Of a stretch of 64,000 nt of DNA, positions 27,448 to 41,419 are shown piece after piece. Every line of letters starts with the position of its first letter. The first letter of the stretch is position 1. The stretch is from Octopus sinensis (taxonomy: Eukaryota). Location: positions 51,584,001-51,648,000 of the forward strand of contig NC_043014.1 of assembly GCF_006345805.1 (NCBI RefSeq), read 5' to 3'. The notes beneath the pieces were generated by a model. That model worked only from the letters and a program-made list of their open reading frames with translations. It was not told the DNA's origin and did not search any database. The position numbers and the translations under genes were made by a program.

Positions 27448-27489
<42 letters not shown>

Positions 27490-28041
27490 GACACTGATGG
27501 CTTGATTGCTATAAACACACATTTCTTTATCGTGTGTATTAACAACAATATGCAAATGCGCATTTCATAAGCAGTGACACAAAGAAGTAACTTGATTCAT
27601 GATTGTGCTTACGTACGTAAAAAAAAAAGCATGTGTTTGGTGGCGTCACGTTGCATTGCAATGTATATATATATATACATATACGTGTGTGTGTATCATG
27701 TTTATATACATATATTCATGTGTATGTTAAGTATGTATGATATACAATATAATACAATAGAGCAGTATAACATACCCTCGAAATTCAAGGTTCACTGCTA
27801 TCTTAATCGTGATTTATGAATGATGTTTATACGATAGCATGAGAACAAGCCAAAATGTACTTTCACTTTTACATTCACTTATGAGGAGATATAAGAAGAC
27901 TCAAATAAATCTAAGATAGAAAAACGCATTACTTGATACTTTAACACTGTCCAATGAACTGTATTGCACAGCACGCCTTTTGTATTAAAGATCTGGAGAT
28001 TATGCATACATTTAGTAATATAGGGCATATTTGACATTTGA

Positions 28042-28100
<59 letters not shown>

Positions 28101-28109
28101 ATATCTACC

Positions 28110-28159
<50 letters not shown>

Positions 28160-28765
28160 GTTTGCATGTGTGGGAATACGTATGTGTATATATTATATTT
28201 CTATCATATGTGTAAGTATACTTGCATGCATGGATGTATCTGCATGAATGTACGTGTTTGTATGCGCTTGTAGATTTTATTGTATGTGTGTAATGCCAAT
28301 TCAATGCCACATGAGAGAAAGAAGAAAAACCGCCTGTGACTTCTCAGCTATCAACTCTATCTAAAGTGCATTTTCCTGTCGACATTTCAGTTCAGAAGTT
28401 CAGATCTCATACGTTATGTGTAGGAAGATATAGAAAGATATAAAATGTTTATATTCATCTAAGTGTATATAGGTTGGGGTTTTCTGCATGAATGCTTAAG
28501 ATATTGATATGAATTAGAATAAGAAACCAGATTTTAAAGTATTCCTCTCAGTTTTATGAGAGGCACCTTGAAATGGTAAACTTAAATGCTGTGAGTAGTG
28601 TTCTTCAGCTTTGGAGCCTTTTGATTTATATCGTTGCGTGCACTGGTTTCTATACAAGGATCCACTTAATGATATACACTCATGCAAACGCACACACACA
28701 TATATGTGTCAATGAATGTATTCGAAGTTATATATATGTGTATGAATGCATGTATATATATATAT

Positions 28766-28799
<34 letters not shown>

Positions 28800-28828
28800 G
28801 GAGTCATAATAATTACATACACACACAC

Positions 28829-28876
<48 letters not shown>

Positions 28877-29581
28877 AATTATGCATTCGAAGAATACACA
28901 TGTATGAATCCATATATGTGTGTGTGTATGTGTGTGTGTTGCAGTCATAATAATTATAAACTTCGAGTGAGCTTAAAATCATTTTACTTATTTGTAAAGG
29001 TGAAAGTCCAAGTAGACAAATCTATAAATAACAGCATGTAAATAGATATTGGAGTATGTACCCTCTGTAGTTAGAAAAAAAAACTCTAGATAGATCGATA
29101 AAAAGATAGAAAGGTGCGCAAATCAGAAGGGGAATATGAAACAAGGGAAGTTGAAGGGGACTTAAGACGTTCGATCGATAGAGAATGAGCTAATGGTAGA
29201 GGGAGATCATAGGAAGTATTTTAAACATAAACCATGGGATAAGCTTCGGCAAACTATATTCTGAAGCTTTTATCCGTACGGCGCGCGTACTTTTAAATAT
29301 TTGCCATTGGACACAGCGGGAAATTTTCCCGCACACAAAGTTCCTAATTTATCCTTGTTGTCTTTGGTTGCCGAATGACAAATTACATTTGGCACAAAAT
29401 TGGAAAAAGATGTATGAATTATAAATTGATCAGAAATCAACTGTTATTATATATTTGGAAGAAATACATATTCTGTTCCCTACAATTGGTAAAATTTGAA
29501 AATTAAAAAAAAAATATTTTAAGTAGGATTGATGAATGGTACAACGGTAATTAACGATATCTTTTTAGCTCTGGTAAAATT

Positions 29582-29629
<48 letters not shown>

Positions 29630-30454
29630 TATATTTTACTAGAGCTAAAGAGATGTCGTTAATTACTGTTATACATGTATGTATATATATATATATATAT
29701 ATATAACACATATATACACCTAATACATATAAACTCTGAACGAATATGTACGTACATAAGTATATACACATACAGTCATACACATACGCACACACATATA
29801 CATGTCTATCCTGACTGAACAGATTATACAAAGCTAATGAACAAGAAGGAATCTGTACCATCTTTCTTGTCCCGTCAAACCGGAATCAATTCCTAAAACT
29901 GCGCCGCCTCACTTGTAGGAGCGAAGTAAGTAGGACAATACATAAAGCCCTTCCTTAGTGCAGAGTCAATGTGAGGTTTATGAAATGCTGTGAAAGAAAA
30001 TACCATTCAGAACTAAATCAAGATGTTGTATAATTAAATTCCCCGCTGAAATGGAATGTTGCAATGTATTTTAAAGCTCATTCTACACGTGTTTATCATA
30101 ATAAAACTACACATCAGAAGCCGAACAGGAACTTATTATATGTAAGGGGGGAAAAAAACATCAAGTAATAATCTTGTTTTGGCACATATTTTCTTATTTC
30201 CCACATCCTAGTCTTGCCCTTTCTTAGTTCTTCACTGTTAAATATATATTCTTCACTGCATAGATATAAATTCACACACAAATATATAAATACAATTATA
30301 TATATATATATACGTGTGTATGTGTGTAGACAAATATGTGGGTATATGTGTGCGTGCTGGTGTGAGTATTTATGCAAATGTCTGATATTTCTTTCGCTTG
30401 ATATGCTACCCATGTAAATTTTCATTGTCAATTCTGCTCTTCATATTGTCCTAT

Positions 30455-30487
30455 TTATCTATCTGTTTCTTTATCTAACTATCTATC

Positions 30488-30559
<72 letters not shown>

Positions 30560-30576
30560 ATCTATCTATATCTATC

Positions 30577-30613
<37 letters not shown>

Positions 30614-30648
30614 TATATCTATCTATCTATATCTATCTATCTATCTAT

Positions 30649-30683
<35 letters not shown>

Positions 30684-30806
30684 CTCTATCTATCTATCTA
30701 TCTATATCTCTATCTATATCTATCTATATCTCTATCTATATCTATCTATATCTCTATCTATATCTATCTATATCTCTATCTATATCTATCTATATCTATC
30801 TATCTA

Positions 30807-30847
<41 letters not shown>

Positions 30848-30930
30848 CTATATCTATCTATCTATCTATCTATCTATATATATCTCTATATCTATCTATC
30901 TAGCTAGCTAGCTAGCTACCTACCTACCTA
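30455..30930. repeat. Long imperfect (TCTA)n tract
   Basis: Direct observation. Confidence 0.95.
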
Positions 30931-31854
30931 GCTTGCTATCTCTTTATCTATCCCCGCCTACAAACTTACATGCATGCGTTCACACACACATGTATATAAT
31001 ATATAGTGACAAGGAACTTAGATACTATCTCGGAAAATGGCTGGCAGCTCACGTCACCCACTTCTCTCTCCTTCTCAACTGTCAAAGTATACTTCTATTT
31101 TATGCCACTGTTTTATTCTTTCCTTCCGTCTTCTATATTATTTGCATGTTTACATTATTGTTTCCTTTGAGGATGATGACTGGTAGAATGTGTACCCATG
31201 GTGGTGAGAATCATTTTTGGTTAATTTCTTTAGCCGCCTTTTTTATTTCCTCAGTCCAGTTCTCTCGGTTTTTGTCCTTACATCTCCAAAGTCCACTCTC
31301 GATATCTGAGTCGCCCTTCCAACATTGCAGTTTTATATAATTGTTTGACACGGTCTCACTGTGGTCGAAAACAGAGTACCAGTCAATGATGGTCTTTGAT
31401 TGGGTTAATCGTTAGAACGTTGGCCGAAATGATTTATGGCGTGGTGCCTGTTCTATCGCTATGCATTGTGAGTTCAAAGCCTGCCTAAGCACTGACACAT
31501 GTCGACACTATAGCGAGAATTTAGCATGGACGCATAGTATTCGCAATTTGAAAAACCAATACCAAATTTTTCTTTGTTCTATGAGAAGAACCGGCTGCTA
31601 GCAACACATTTGAAATAGACTCAGTCATAGTAAAAGAAAAGAAAAAAGACGATCTGTAGTGGTGGGAGTGATGGTAGCAGTAGTGTTAGTGGTAGTAGTA
31701 GAAGAAATATTGATGCTGTTATTGTTTACAGGTTTGTGTCAGATTTATAATTTTAAAAATATTTGTTCATATCTTACACATTTCCTGCATAAAAAACAAC
31801 AACTTTTGTCTATTCGTTCCCATCTCTCCCTCACCTTAACTCTCTCTCTCTCTA

Positions 31855-31886
<32 letters not shown>

Positions 31887-31994
31887 TCTATCTATCTCTC
31901 TCTTTTTCTCTCTCTCCCCTCCATACCTACCTTTATTTTACTTCAGTTCTTTTCGTCTTGACTGAGCTCAGCTGTGGTGTAGTCTAGCGTATAA

Positions 31995-31998
31995 TTCA

Positions 31999-32033
<35 letters not shown>

Positions 32034-32460
32034 TATTATTATTATTACTATTATTATTATTATTACTATTATTATTATTATTACTATTATTATTACTATT
32101 ATTATTACTATTATTATTATTATTATTATTATTACTGTTATTATTATTATTACTATTATTATTATTATTACTATTATTATTACTATTATTATTACTATTA
32201 TTATTACTATTATTATTATTATTATTATTATTACTGTTATTATTATTACTATTATTATTATTATTACTATTATTATTATTATTACTATTATTATTATTGT
32301 TATTATTATTACTGTTATTATTATTACTATTATTATTATTATTACTATTATTATTACTATTATTATTACTATTATTATTACTATTATTATTACTATTATT
32401 ATTATTATTATTACTACTACTACTACTACTACTGATGCTGCTTTTATTATTAGTAGTAAT
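31995..32460. repeat. (ATT)n/(ACT)n trinucleotide tract
   Basis: Direct observation. It explains the poly-I and poly-L ORFs. Confidence 0.95.
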
Positions 32461-33229
32461 GCATTCATCATCGTCAACATCACTTGAATTTATGAATCAT
32501 TTCGTTTTCTTTAATTTTATTTGTATTCGTTGTTGAAGCTAAGAAAAAGTTACCCAGTGAAAGTCTTGCTATTTATTTTCGCTATATATCAGATTAAGTC
32601 TGGGTTTTACCAATTCTTGTCAATTCACTGACTTTCTGTTTTCTTTCTTCTCCTCCAAAGCACACCTATTTTATTTTATTCTTCTTTACTTTCATATTAT
32701 TGCCGTTTTTTAAAAAACTGATTTTCGAATCGTTGTTTTATTTTTGACTATGTAGAATAACAAAACCTAAATAAAACATAAGACGAAATAATTTTGAAAA
32801 AATTCCCCTATTTCTGTCTCTCTTACACACACACATGCACACACGAGAAAATCACAACGGCAATAGCAAGAACAACAAAGAACAGGAGAAGGCGGAAAAC
32901 AAGGAAAAGAAGAAGAAAAGTAGCCCCCAAAACAACGGTAACAAAATAGACAAAAGCAACCATAGAATCGACAACAACGCTAGGAAAAAGAATGCAAAGA
33001 ACATGCCAAATGTGTTTATAACAAAAACAGTAACAATCATAAATGTAACAAGGTAATAATGTAAAAACAAACTCAAGGTATTCGCAATAAAGCCATGAAC
33101 AATAATGACAACTATAGGGAGAATGAGCAAAAAGTACCAAAAGGTTATTGGAAAAACGAACACCATATTGGAAAATTATATGGTGTGTAAAAGTTCACAC
33201 AGACACATGTGTGGATATATAAGTGTATA

Positions 33230-33620
33230 TAGACATAGTGAGAATTTACACATAAAAAAAGCAAAAGACGAAGACTGGTGTGTAAACAACAAACATATGG
33301 ATTAGTTTAACGCTCGGGAAGTGAGAAAGTCTTTTATGTTTCGAGCCTACGCTCTTCGACAGAAAGGAACACAGAAATAAACAGGGAGAGAAAATAGAAA
33401 AAAAGGTTTAGTGGCTAGCGATCTATCATGGCGAATGCCGGACAGATGGGTCACACAGGAGTGCTAGGAAGAAGGGGAGATAATAATGTAGTGGTGATCC
33501 CAAAACGAAGGTGCGTGTAGAAGGGGGCTGGTGACATTGACGTGTGCGTGTGTGCATGTGTAGGTGTGTGGACGCATGCATGTTTAAATGAAAGTCATGA
33601 ATATGTATCGCCGGGTATCT
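33230..33620 (-). mobile_element. Family C hammerhead-like element (longest copy); motif at 33330-33367
   Basis: Same CTGTCGA-AGAGCGTAGGCTC-GAAAC core, with the shared flank cgccatgatagatcg. Ends are approximate. Confidence 0.65.
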
Positions 33621-33975
33621 TTTATAAATACACACATAGATACATACTCAAACACATAGAATGGCACGTACACACATTTATATAGATACGTATCTATGTG
33701 TACCTGTATGTGTAAACGTGTGTGTGCGCGCACGCTTACAAACTCATTTGTATGTATGTATACGGAGCGACGAAAAACTTCAGGTCACTTATAAGTTGCT
33801 GACAACATGACAGAGATGTCAGTGGAGACACGGGCAATGTCAGCCTCAATATTCTTTTGTTTCAGTTATTTGATTGTGGTCACGAGGGAGCTCTGCCTTT
33901 AGAACAAATCGAATCCAGGATTTATTCTTTGTAAGGCTAGTACTTGTTCTATCGGTTTCTTTTGCCGTACCACTA

Positions 33976-34009
<34 letters not shown>

Positions 34010-34018
<9 letters not shown>

Positions 34019-34205
34019 TATGGTAAGTTTACGAAAATAACCAAAAGACGAAGGCAGGTGGAATACAAAAAATGTATTAGTATATTAGAATAGAAAAAAA
34101 GTCTTTTACGTTTCGAGCCTACGCTCTTCGACAGAAAGATACACAGAAAAAAAAACAAGGAGAGAAAAAATGCGTGTAGGAGCTAACGATCTATTATGGC
34201 GTAAG
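34010..34205 (-). mobile_element. Family C hammerhead-like element; motif at 34102-34139
   Basis: Reverse complement tcttt-CTGTCGA-A-GAGC-gtag-GCTC-GAAAC-GTA-aaaga, with a 5-bp stem I and a GUA triplet. Confidence 0.7.
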
Positions 34206-34366
34206 ATGGGCTTCTTTCAGATTCTGTCTACTAAATACACTCACAAGGCTTTGGTCTTCCCAAGTCTATAGTAGAAGACACTGGCCCAATGTGGCACGCG
34301 ATTGGCCTGAATCCGGAACGATATTGTTGGGAAGCAAACGTCTCACCACACAGCCACGCTGCGCCT
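34206..34366 (-). mobile_element. Degenerate S2 head abutting a family C element
   Basis: gggcttctttcag...ctcacaaggctttgg...ccacacagccacgc. Confidence 0.65.
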
Positions 34367-34972
34367 AAATTTAATGACCAACAAAATTACTAATGAAATC
34401 AGGCGATTATTTACGCATACCGGACACAAAGAGCACGGTATAGATAAACACTTGAAAGGTATTTCATGTAGAGTATCAATATATTGATGGAACCCAGCAT
34501 CATAAAATAGAAAACCGGATATTATAATGAAATCAGCCGTAAAAGAGTGAAGAACAGACTATAAAACAATAATAAAAGACAACACGAAAACAGGTAATCA
34601 TATATCGGAATAACAAAATGAATATTTAGACACCAGACGATCAAAGTTGTACCTGTACACAGTAGAACAAAATCATATAAACTGTCTGGAAATATTGAAT
34701 GAAGTAATCGACTGAAGATCGTTGTGACATGAAACTTAAATAGTAGAAAAAACAATACAGTCTGTGTGTGTCTGAGACTGTGTGATGTGTGTTTACTTAA
34801 AGTGTCTGAAGAGGTCAGGAAGATAGTCACGTAGACATTTAGTGTATATATTACAAAGTATATAACTGAACATATTAAATATATTTCTGCATTTGTGTAC
34901 ACATACACATAAGTATATATAAATATATATATATATATATCCAAATAAGCAACAAGTATATCTTCGGTAATT

Positions 34973-35056
34973 TGGTACGATCGTTTCATGCTACTTCATT
35001 TTATTAAACATTGTAAGCATTACATCAGTTTTAAAATGTTGAGCAATCTTCAGCCA
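34973..35056 (-). ncRNA. Hammerhead ribozyme, family D (long stem II)
   Basis: Reverse complement tgg-CTGAAGA-T-TGCT...AGCA-T-GAAAC-GATC-GTA-cca. Palindromic ACGATCGT stem III, GUA triplet, and a stem II hairpin of about 60 nt (catttta/taaaatg, aaac/gttt, tgtaa/ttaca). Confidence 0.75.
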
Positions 35057-35235
35057 TTTATAGAAGTCTTCCATCAAACGAACAATACATATACTTATTT
35101 CCATTTCTTTTGCCAACATTATAAGTACCATATTCATTTGAATCTAAATTTTGCTGAACTTATATATATACACACAACTTTATCAATCTATCTATGCACA
35201 TAGGAACATATATGTATACTACTTTATACTATATG

Positions 35236-35289
<54 letters not shown>

Positions 35290-35906
35290 CTCTCACAAAT
35301 CTCTCTATCTATGTGCTAAATATGTATATACATGTGAGCATTGTTATATATCTATCTAAATCAGTGTTAATATATACCCTTATTTGGGTAAATTCACATA
35401 CAGTAACATAGTTATAATAACACTCAAACTCATATATACATTACGAAGGAAATATGCATACATACACTATGCAGACATAAATATGCACAAATACGTATTT
35501 TCATTTATATATACACACAGGTACACACGCAGGCTTGTAGGCAGAAGTAATTGAATATAATTGAATATATGGGAGCAGATGAGAAACTGGAAGCTATGCA
35601 TGAATTCAAAGTTCACAAAAACATTCTGATTAAGAAGACGAAGAATAATGGAAACGAAAACACATGTGTGTGTGTGTGTGTGCGTGTCTGTGTGTGTGGA
35701 CAAACAAAGACGCACAGACTAAGATCTCTATATATAAACGGACAGATATACATAGACACCCATATATACTCACTCATGCATACATACATAAACACATATA
35801 GAATCACTCATATATACAGACAGAGACATAGACATCATATATATATATATATATATTATATGTATTCATACTAGCACACGCATAAACATATATGTACATT
35901 ACAGTT

Positions 35907-35972
<66 letters not shown>

Positions 35973-36744
35973 GAACGTTCACATTCGCAGCTATGCAAGC
36001 ACACAGACACCATCAAACCAGAAAGATGTCATTTAGAAAAAATAATCGTGTCAGAAGTCAAAACATTGATACGAGGCAAAAGCCAAGTATTTTGGAAAAA
36101 GCCAAGTATTTTGTCTAACTGGGTTTGTTTATACAAGCTTTCCTAACTTCAAGTAGGCCAACAGACCGTATGGCTGAGAGATGATACTCGAAGAAAACAG
36201 GAGACCTAGTAAATAAATGCACGGTAGGAACTAACATGTATATTATAATAGGTTGAAACTATGATTATATATTTCTGTAATCAATAGGAATACACCTTTG
36301 TATTAGAGATCAATATATAAGCTAGCCGACTGTATGCTTTCGGCATAACAAATAAAAATACTCTAAAAATTCACATATATATTATATGGCGTGGAAATGT
36401 CTTAGAAAAGGTGAAGTTGTTTCTGGAATTTGTGGCTGAAAACTCCTAAATGTATCCAAATGTAGCCCCTAAAGTTGGATCGCAGCACGTGAGGGTGTGA
36501 AAAATATATTTCGGTAAAACCTTCAGCATAGTCAATAAATAGATATACGATTAATAGTGACTATTCATAAAACTTTTCATTCCAAACTATACGAAATGTT
36601 TACGAAAATCTAGAAAATGTGATAGAGATAAACCCTGAAGAATGATATTAGAAATCAAATAAATTTAGGTAAGGGCACTTTCTTTCATGTTAGAACTTCT
36701 GAGCGAAGAATTGTCTACGCCTGAAGATTTTAATTTATATCTTT

Positions 36745-37135
36745 TGGTTTGAGTCATTATACTGCGATCATGCAGGACCAACATGATTAAGTACTGGGGG
36801 TCGAATGAATCGACCCCAGTACGTAATTTTTAAGTCTGGAACATGGTACATATTCCGCCGTCTCTTTTGCCGAACCGCTATGTTAGAAGGACGTAAACGC
36901 ACCCACACTAGTTGTCAAAAATCGACCACACACTCACAAACACACACACACAAACACAATCATACAAACACACACGCACAAACACACACACACACACACA
37001 CTCTGTCAGCCAAATCAACTCACAAGGCTTTGGCGGCGCGAGATTAGAGTAGAACTCACTTGCTCAATGTTCCGCAGAGTGGGACTGAACTCGGAACCCT
37101 GTGGTTGAGAAGTAAACTTCCTGCTATACAACAAC
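36745..37135 (-). mobile_element. Degenerate S2
   Basis: cttttgccgaaccgct, ctcacaaggctttgg and gggactgaactcggaacc motifs occur in S2 order. Confidence 0.6.
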
Positions 37136-37185
37136 GCCATAACATACATGTATGATATATATTTATGCTTATATTGTACGTATGC

Positions 37186-37408
37186 AAGGGCGACGAGCTG
37201 GCAGAAACGTTAGCACGCCGGGCGAAATGCTGAGCGGTATTTCGTCTGCCGTTACGTTCTGAGTTCAAATTCCGCCGAGGTCGACTTTGCCTTTCATCCT
37301 TTCGGAGTCGATAAATTAAATACCAGTTACGCACTGGGGTCGATATAATCGACTTAATCCGTTTGTTTGTCCTCTCTGTGTTTAGCCCCTTGTGGGTAGT
37401 AAAGAAAT
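37186..37408 (+). mobile_element. SINE S3, full length
   Basis: Clean copy ending ccccttgtgggtagtaaagaaat. Confidence 0.9.
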
Positions 37409-38043
37409 ATATACTGTATGTATGCATTTGAATGTGTTCCATAAGAATGTGTGTATGAGTGTGTATTCGATAACAGTGTGTGTATATGAAGGTGTGAGAT
37501 GCAGAATGAGTGGTTGTATACGTGGAAGTTTAAAGGTCAGTGGGGTGCCGCTTCAATAACAAACTATGATGTTAACAGTGAACGATTGCTACATTTTGGT
37601 CTTTAAACCGTCTAAACCTTGCTCAAACATTCTTCACGTTTTGTGTTCAAACAGGCCGAATCTGGACTATCGAATTCACTGAGTATATTTTCAGAACGAC
37701 ATTTCAGTCATACCATCGATATTTTGAAGGCCATGCATGGTTAATTGTATATGAATAAATATTACATTTGATAAATTCATCTTCAATGTGTTTACATATG
37801 TTTACTAATAAAACATGTCTGGATCAAGAATATCGAGATAAGAGATTTGAATGTCTGTGTTATTTCTGTTTTTGATGCAATTATGTCGGAGCACCTGGTC
37901 AGGTCTTCTCCGGCAGCTGTTTGATCAGAGATAGTGGTACAAATGTAAATACATGTCGAGAGAGTCTTCAGTGGCACGTTTGCTTCCTTAACATTCCTTG
38001 CAACTCCTCACAATCTTTCATTCAAACTATTTTTCCACTAACA

Positions 38044-38082
<39 letters not shown>

Positions 38083-38112
38083 TAATGAGTATACACGGAT
38101 GTATTTGTATGC

Positions 38113-38165
<53 letters not shown>

Positions 38166-38354
38166 ATACGAAATTGTATACATACATAAAAACTTGACAA
38201 ACATGCCTACAAATAAATATAAAGGAGGTAAATACAAAATGGCAAGTATTCAAATCTTGCAAGCTTACACAGACAGACACACATACACGCGCATATAATA
38301 TCGATAGATGCATAATATATAAATGTGTATATATATATATATATATACATATAT

Positions 38355-38553
38355 GTGACCGCGTGTGTACCGTTGGCGTTTTTTTTCCTCCGTCTTCCCT
38401 TCTTTGGATCTTTTTTTTTCCTATGTTTCTGACGAAGAGCTCCGCTCGAAACATTAAACCCTTCTTCTTTCCTGAGCATCCAATAACACTATACTTGTTC
38501 CACGTCCTTGCGTTGTTGTGTTTTCTCTTTGAGTTTTCATGTTTGGATTAACT
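38355..38553 (+). mobile_element. Family B hammerhead-bearing element; HHR at 38425-38459
   Basis: Closely similar to 21099-21304. GAAACATT replaces GAAACGTT (a CpG-type change). Flanked by (TA)n. Confidence 0.75.
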
Positions 38554-39017
38554 TTTATATATATATATATATATATAATCGATAGAAAACGTATGTAAAT
38601 GCGTATATATGCGTGGATAAACTGTAGATAGTAAAGTCCATACAGAATGGATATCAAAATATATATATGCATACACACCTGTATATATATATATCCAAAC
38701 ACACACACATTTATATAAATATGTGTGTGTGTATGCGTGTGTGTGATTCTTCTGCGTCATTATGTCCAGGTTCAATTTCAGAATCAATTGTAAATTGGTG
38801 TCAATGATATGGTATATATTGAAGAGTCTCTGTATTTCAGCCAGTTTTATGCAATTTATTGCAATTTAGCTTGATGAATATTAAAGATCATTTGTTCATA
38901 ATTGTACGTTTCTCTGCATAAAATGCACAACGAAGAATTGTGTTTCATAATAAAGGAAAATAACAATTATGCAACACTGTTCCGATATGTAAAGTGTTTA
39001 AATGTTAAATAATGTTC

Positions 39018-39052
<35 letters not shown>

Positions 39053-39649
39053 ATAATATGTGTGTGTGGCGAGAGAGCATTGTCTTTGTATGCACATTTA
39101 TGTTTTAAATAATTGGCAATTAGGCAACATGCAACATTCTGCAGAAACACGGAAATCGTTTTGCAAAATATAGGGATATACGATTATTAGAAAATGATGA
39201 TTAATTCTCATAATTGAGTTGAAAATGTAATGTTTTATAAATTCGGATAGCTGCCTTTTCAATTGCTGCTAAGAGGGGAAATGGAAGATGGAGAATATTA
39301 ATTGTACAAATGAAGGATTTATGAAAGAAATGTTTATGTGAATTGCATCTTGGTTTGAAGCATTCCAATTTTAGATAGGCATGCTTCCTCAGAATGGTAA
39401 CTCGCATCTTTTTTCATTCCATCATTCCACTTCATCAATGGTTGGGCTACGGCCAAACTAGGGCTGTAGAAATCATAAGCACTAAGTGCTTGTCACCAAC
39501 GTGCAAAATTTACATAATTTGTTTTTAATAAATGTAAATTACACTTCGATGCCTATACTGCTTTTAACAGATTTTAACTTAATCATGAATATTTCCTTCT
39601 GCTGATGATATTCGTCGCTCTATTTTATATAATAATAATAACAATAATA

Positions 39650-39680
<31 letters not shown>

Positions 39681-39700
39681 TGATAATACATTTATTTCTA

Positions 39701-39898
39701 TATTGCCCACAAGGGACTAAACAGAGAGGGGGCAAACAAACACATACAAAGATATTAAGTCGATTACATCGACCCCAGTGCGTAACTGGTACTTATTTAA
39801 TCAATCCCGAAAGGCAAAGTCTACCTCGGCGGAATTTGAAATCAGAACGTAAAGACAGACGAAATAAGTATTTAACGATTCTGCCAGCTCACCGCCTT
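39701..39898 (-). mobile_element. SINE S3
   Basis: Reverse-complement S3 with a deletion in the head. Confidence 0.8.
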
Positions 39899-40894
39899 GA
39901 GCAGCAAAGTATTAATGAAAAATATTCCTTCCACAACCATCCCGTGTTATTACAGACGTTTTAGTGCCTTTTATCTAACGGTAGCCTGGTAATAATAATA
40001 TATACTCCGATTTAAAGCATTACTCATACACTCACTCACAAAAATGTGAGTTACTGTGCGTGAGAGCCGGCGAGCCTGTGTATATGTACATAGGTGTGTA
40101 TACTTCGCCATATTGTAATGCCGGTCACCCGAATCAGCCAAAATAAATAAAGCGTTTGATAATATTTTAATTTGTATAGAATATTTGTGTGTTTTTTCTG
40201 TTAAATTATAGACTTGGCGGAAGTTCATTGTTCATGATATATGACTGTGTATAATAACAGCCATTCTATTATTGATATTTCGTCTGTCAAAAGAAAGAAG
40301 AGGACATGTTGAAGGTAGTGGGGGAGGGTGCTGCTAAATAAATACGTTTATAACTATTATACGTGTGTGTGTGTGTGTGTAAATGAGAATGTATTCTTTT
40401 GTCTTACGAGAAAACCTTTATATTGTAAATGAGAACAAATAGAAAGTTTGACATGAATATCTTTGCCGACGGCTGAAGGAAAATGGAGTAAGTCATCTTA
40501 AAACGAGGCTCTCTCACCCAACCTCTCTCTCGCTTTCTTTCTCTCTCTCTCATCAACTTTCATGTTCTCTCCATCTTAGCTTTGTATAGGTGTTTGTAGA
40601 TAGATGCATACGAACAACCACAGACACACACACACACACACAAAGTAAACAAATCCTTTGTGCAGGTTTTCCAGCAACACTTACACGAATGTCTCGTGCT
40701 ACGAGAGACTATGTTTACAGAGTAAGAGCGTGTGCGTGTGTGTTTGTATGTGTCTGTATTTGTGTGTATATGTGTTTGTATACACTTCTCTTCTTTATTA
40801 AAGCATGATAAACAACAAAAGTAAGGCATTAAGTGAAAGATAAATATCACTTAATGCAGACAGCATAAAAAGGACGAGCTACAACTAATATCAC

Positions 40895-40949
40895 CTTGCT
40901 TTGGAGGCACGTGTATAGGTTTGTTCCCAAAATGTGCTGAAACCCATAT
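40895..40949 (-). CDS. Candidate 55-nt internal exon
   Basis: Acceptor attttcttggtttgtag, donor CAAG|gtgata. Open in all three frames. Confidence 0.2.
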
Positions 40950-41007
40950 CTACAAACCAAGAAAATATTAGTAATTCGTACCTTTATACTTTACACATCA
41001 AATTATA

Positions 41008-41055
<48 letters not shown>

Positions 41056-41332
41056 AATATAAATGTATGTATACATATACGCAATCACATAACTATGTAC
41101 ATAAGTAGATACTCAAACATCATACATACAAATACATACAGATATATATATATATATACATACATACACAACTTATAAACAAGGACAAAAGAAAATTATT
41201 CCTATACCAATATGCTGATAACAAACTTTTAAATCTTCAATTTCCACATATTATTATACAGATTTATATATATATTGCTAAGGAACATTATACAAACGAG
41301 TCCTTCGAATTTAACTAAATTCTACATTTTTA

Positions 41333-41419
41333 TGCAGCTGAAGATTGCTCTACATTTTAAATTGATGTAATGTTTGCATTGTTCAATTAAATGGAGTCGC
41401 ATGAAACGATCGCACTGCA
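41333..41419 (+). ncRNA. Hammerhead ribozyme, family D (U16.1 mutated)
   Basis: tgcag-CTGAAGA-T-TGC...GCA-T-GAAAC-GATC-GCA-ctgca. Perfect 5-bp stem I, homologous to the 34973-35056 copy. The GCA triplet is probably inactive. Confidence 0.7.

Noticed and set aside
34700-34745. ctgaagatcgttgtgacatgaaactta, a hammerhead-like core
   Set aside because: Stem I does not pair and stem II is weak, so it is not counted among the 14 motifs.
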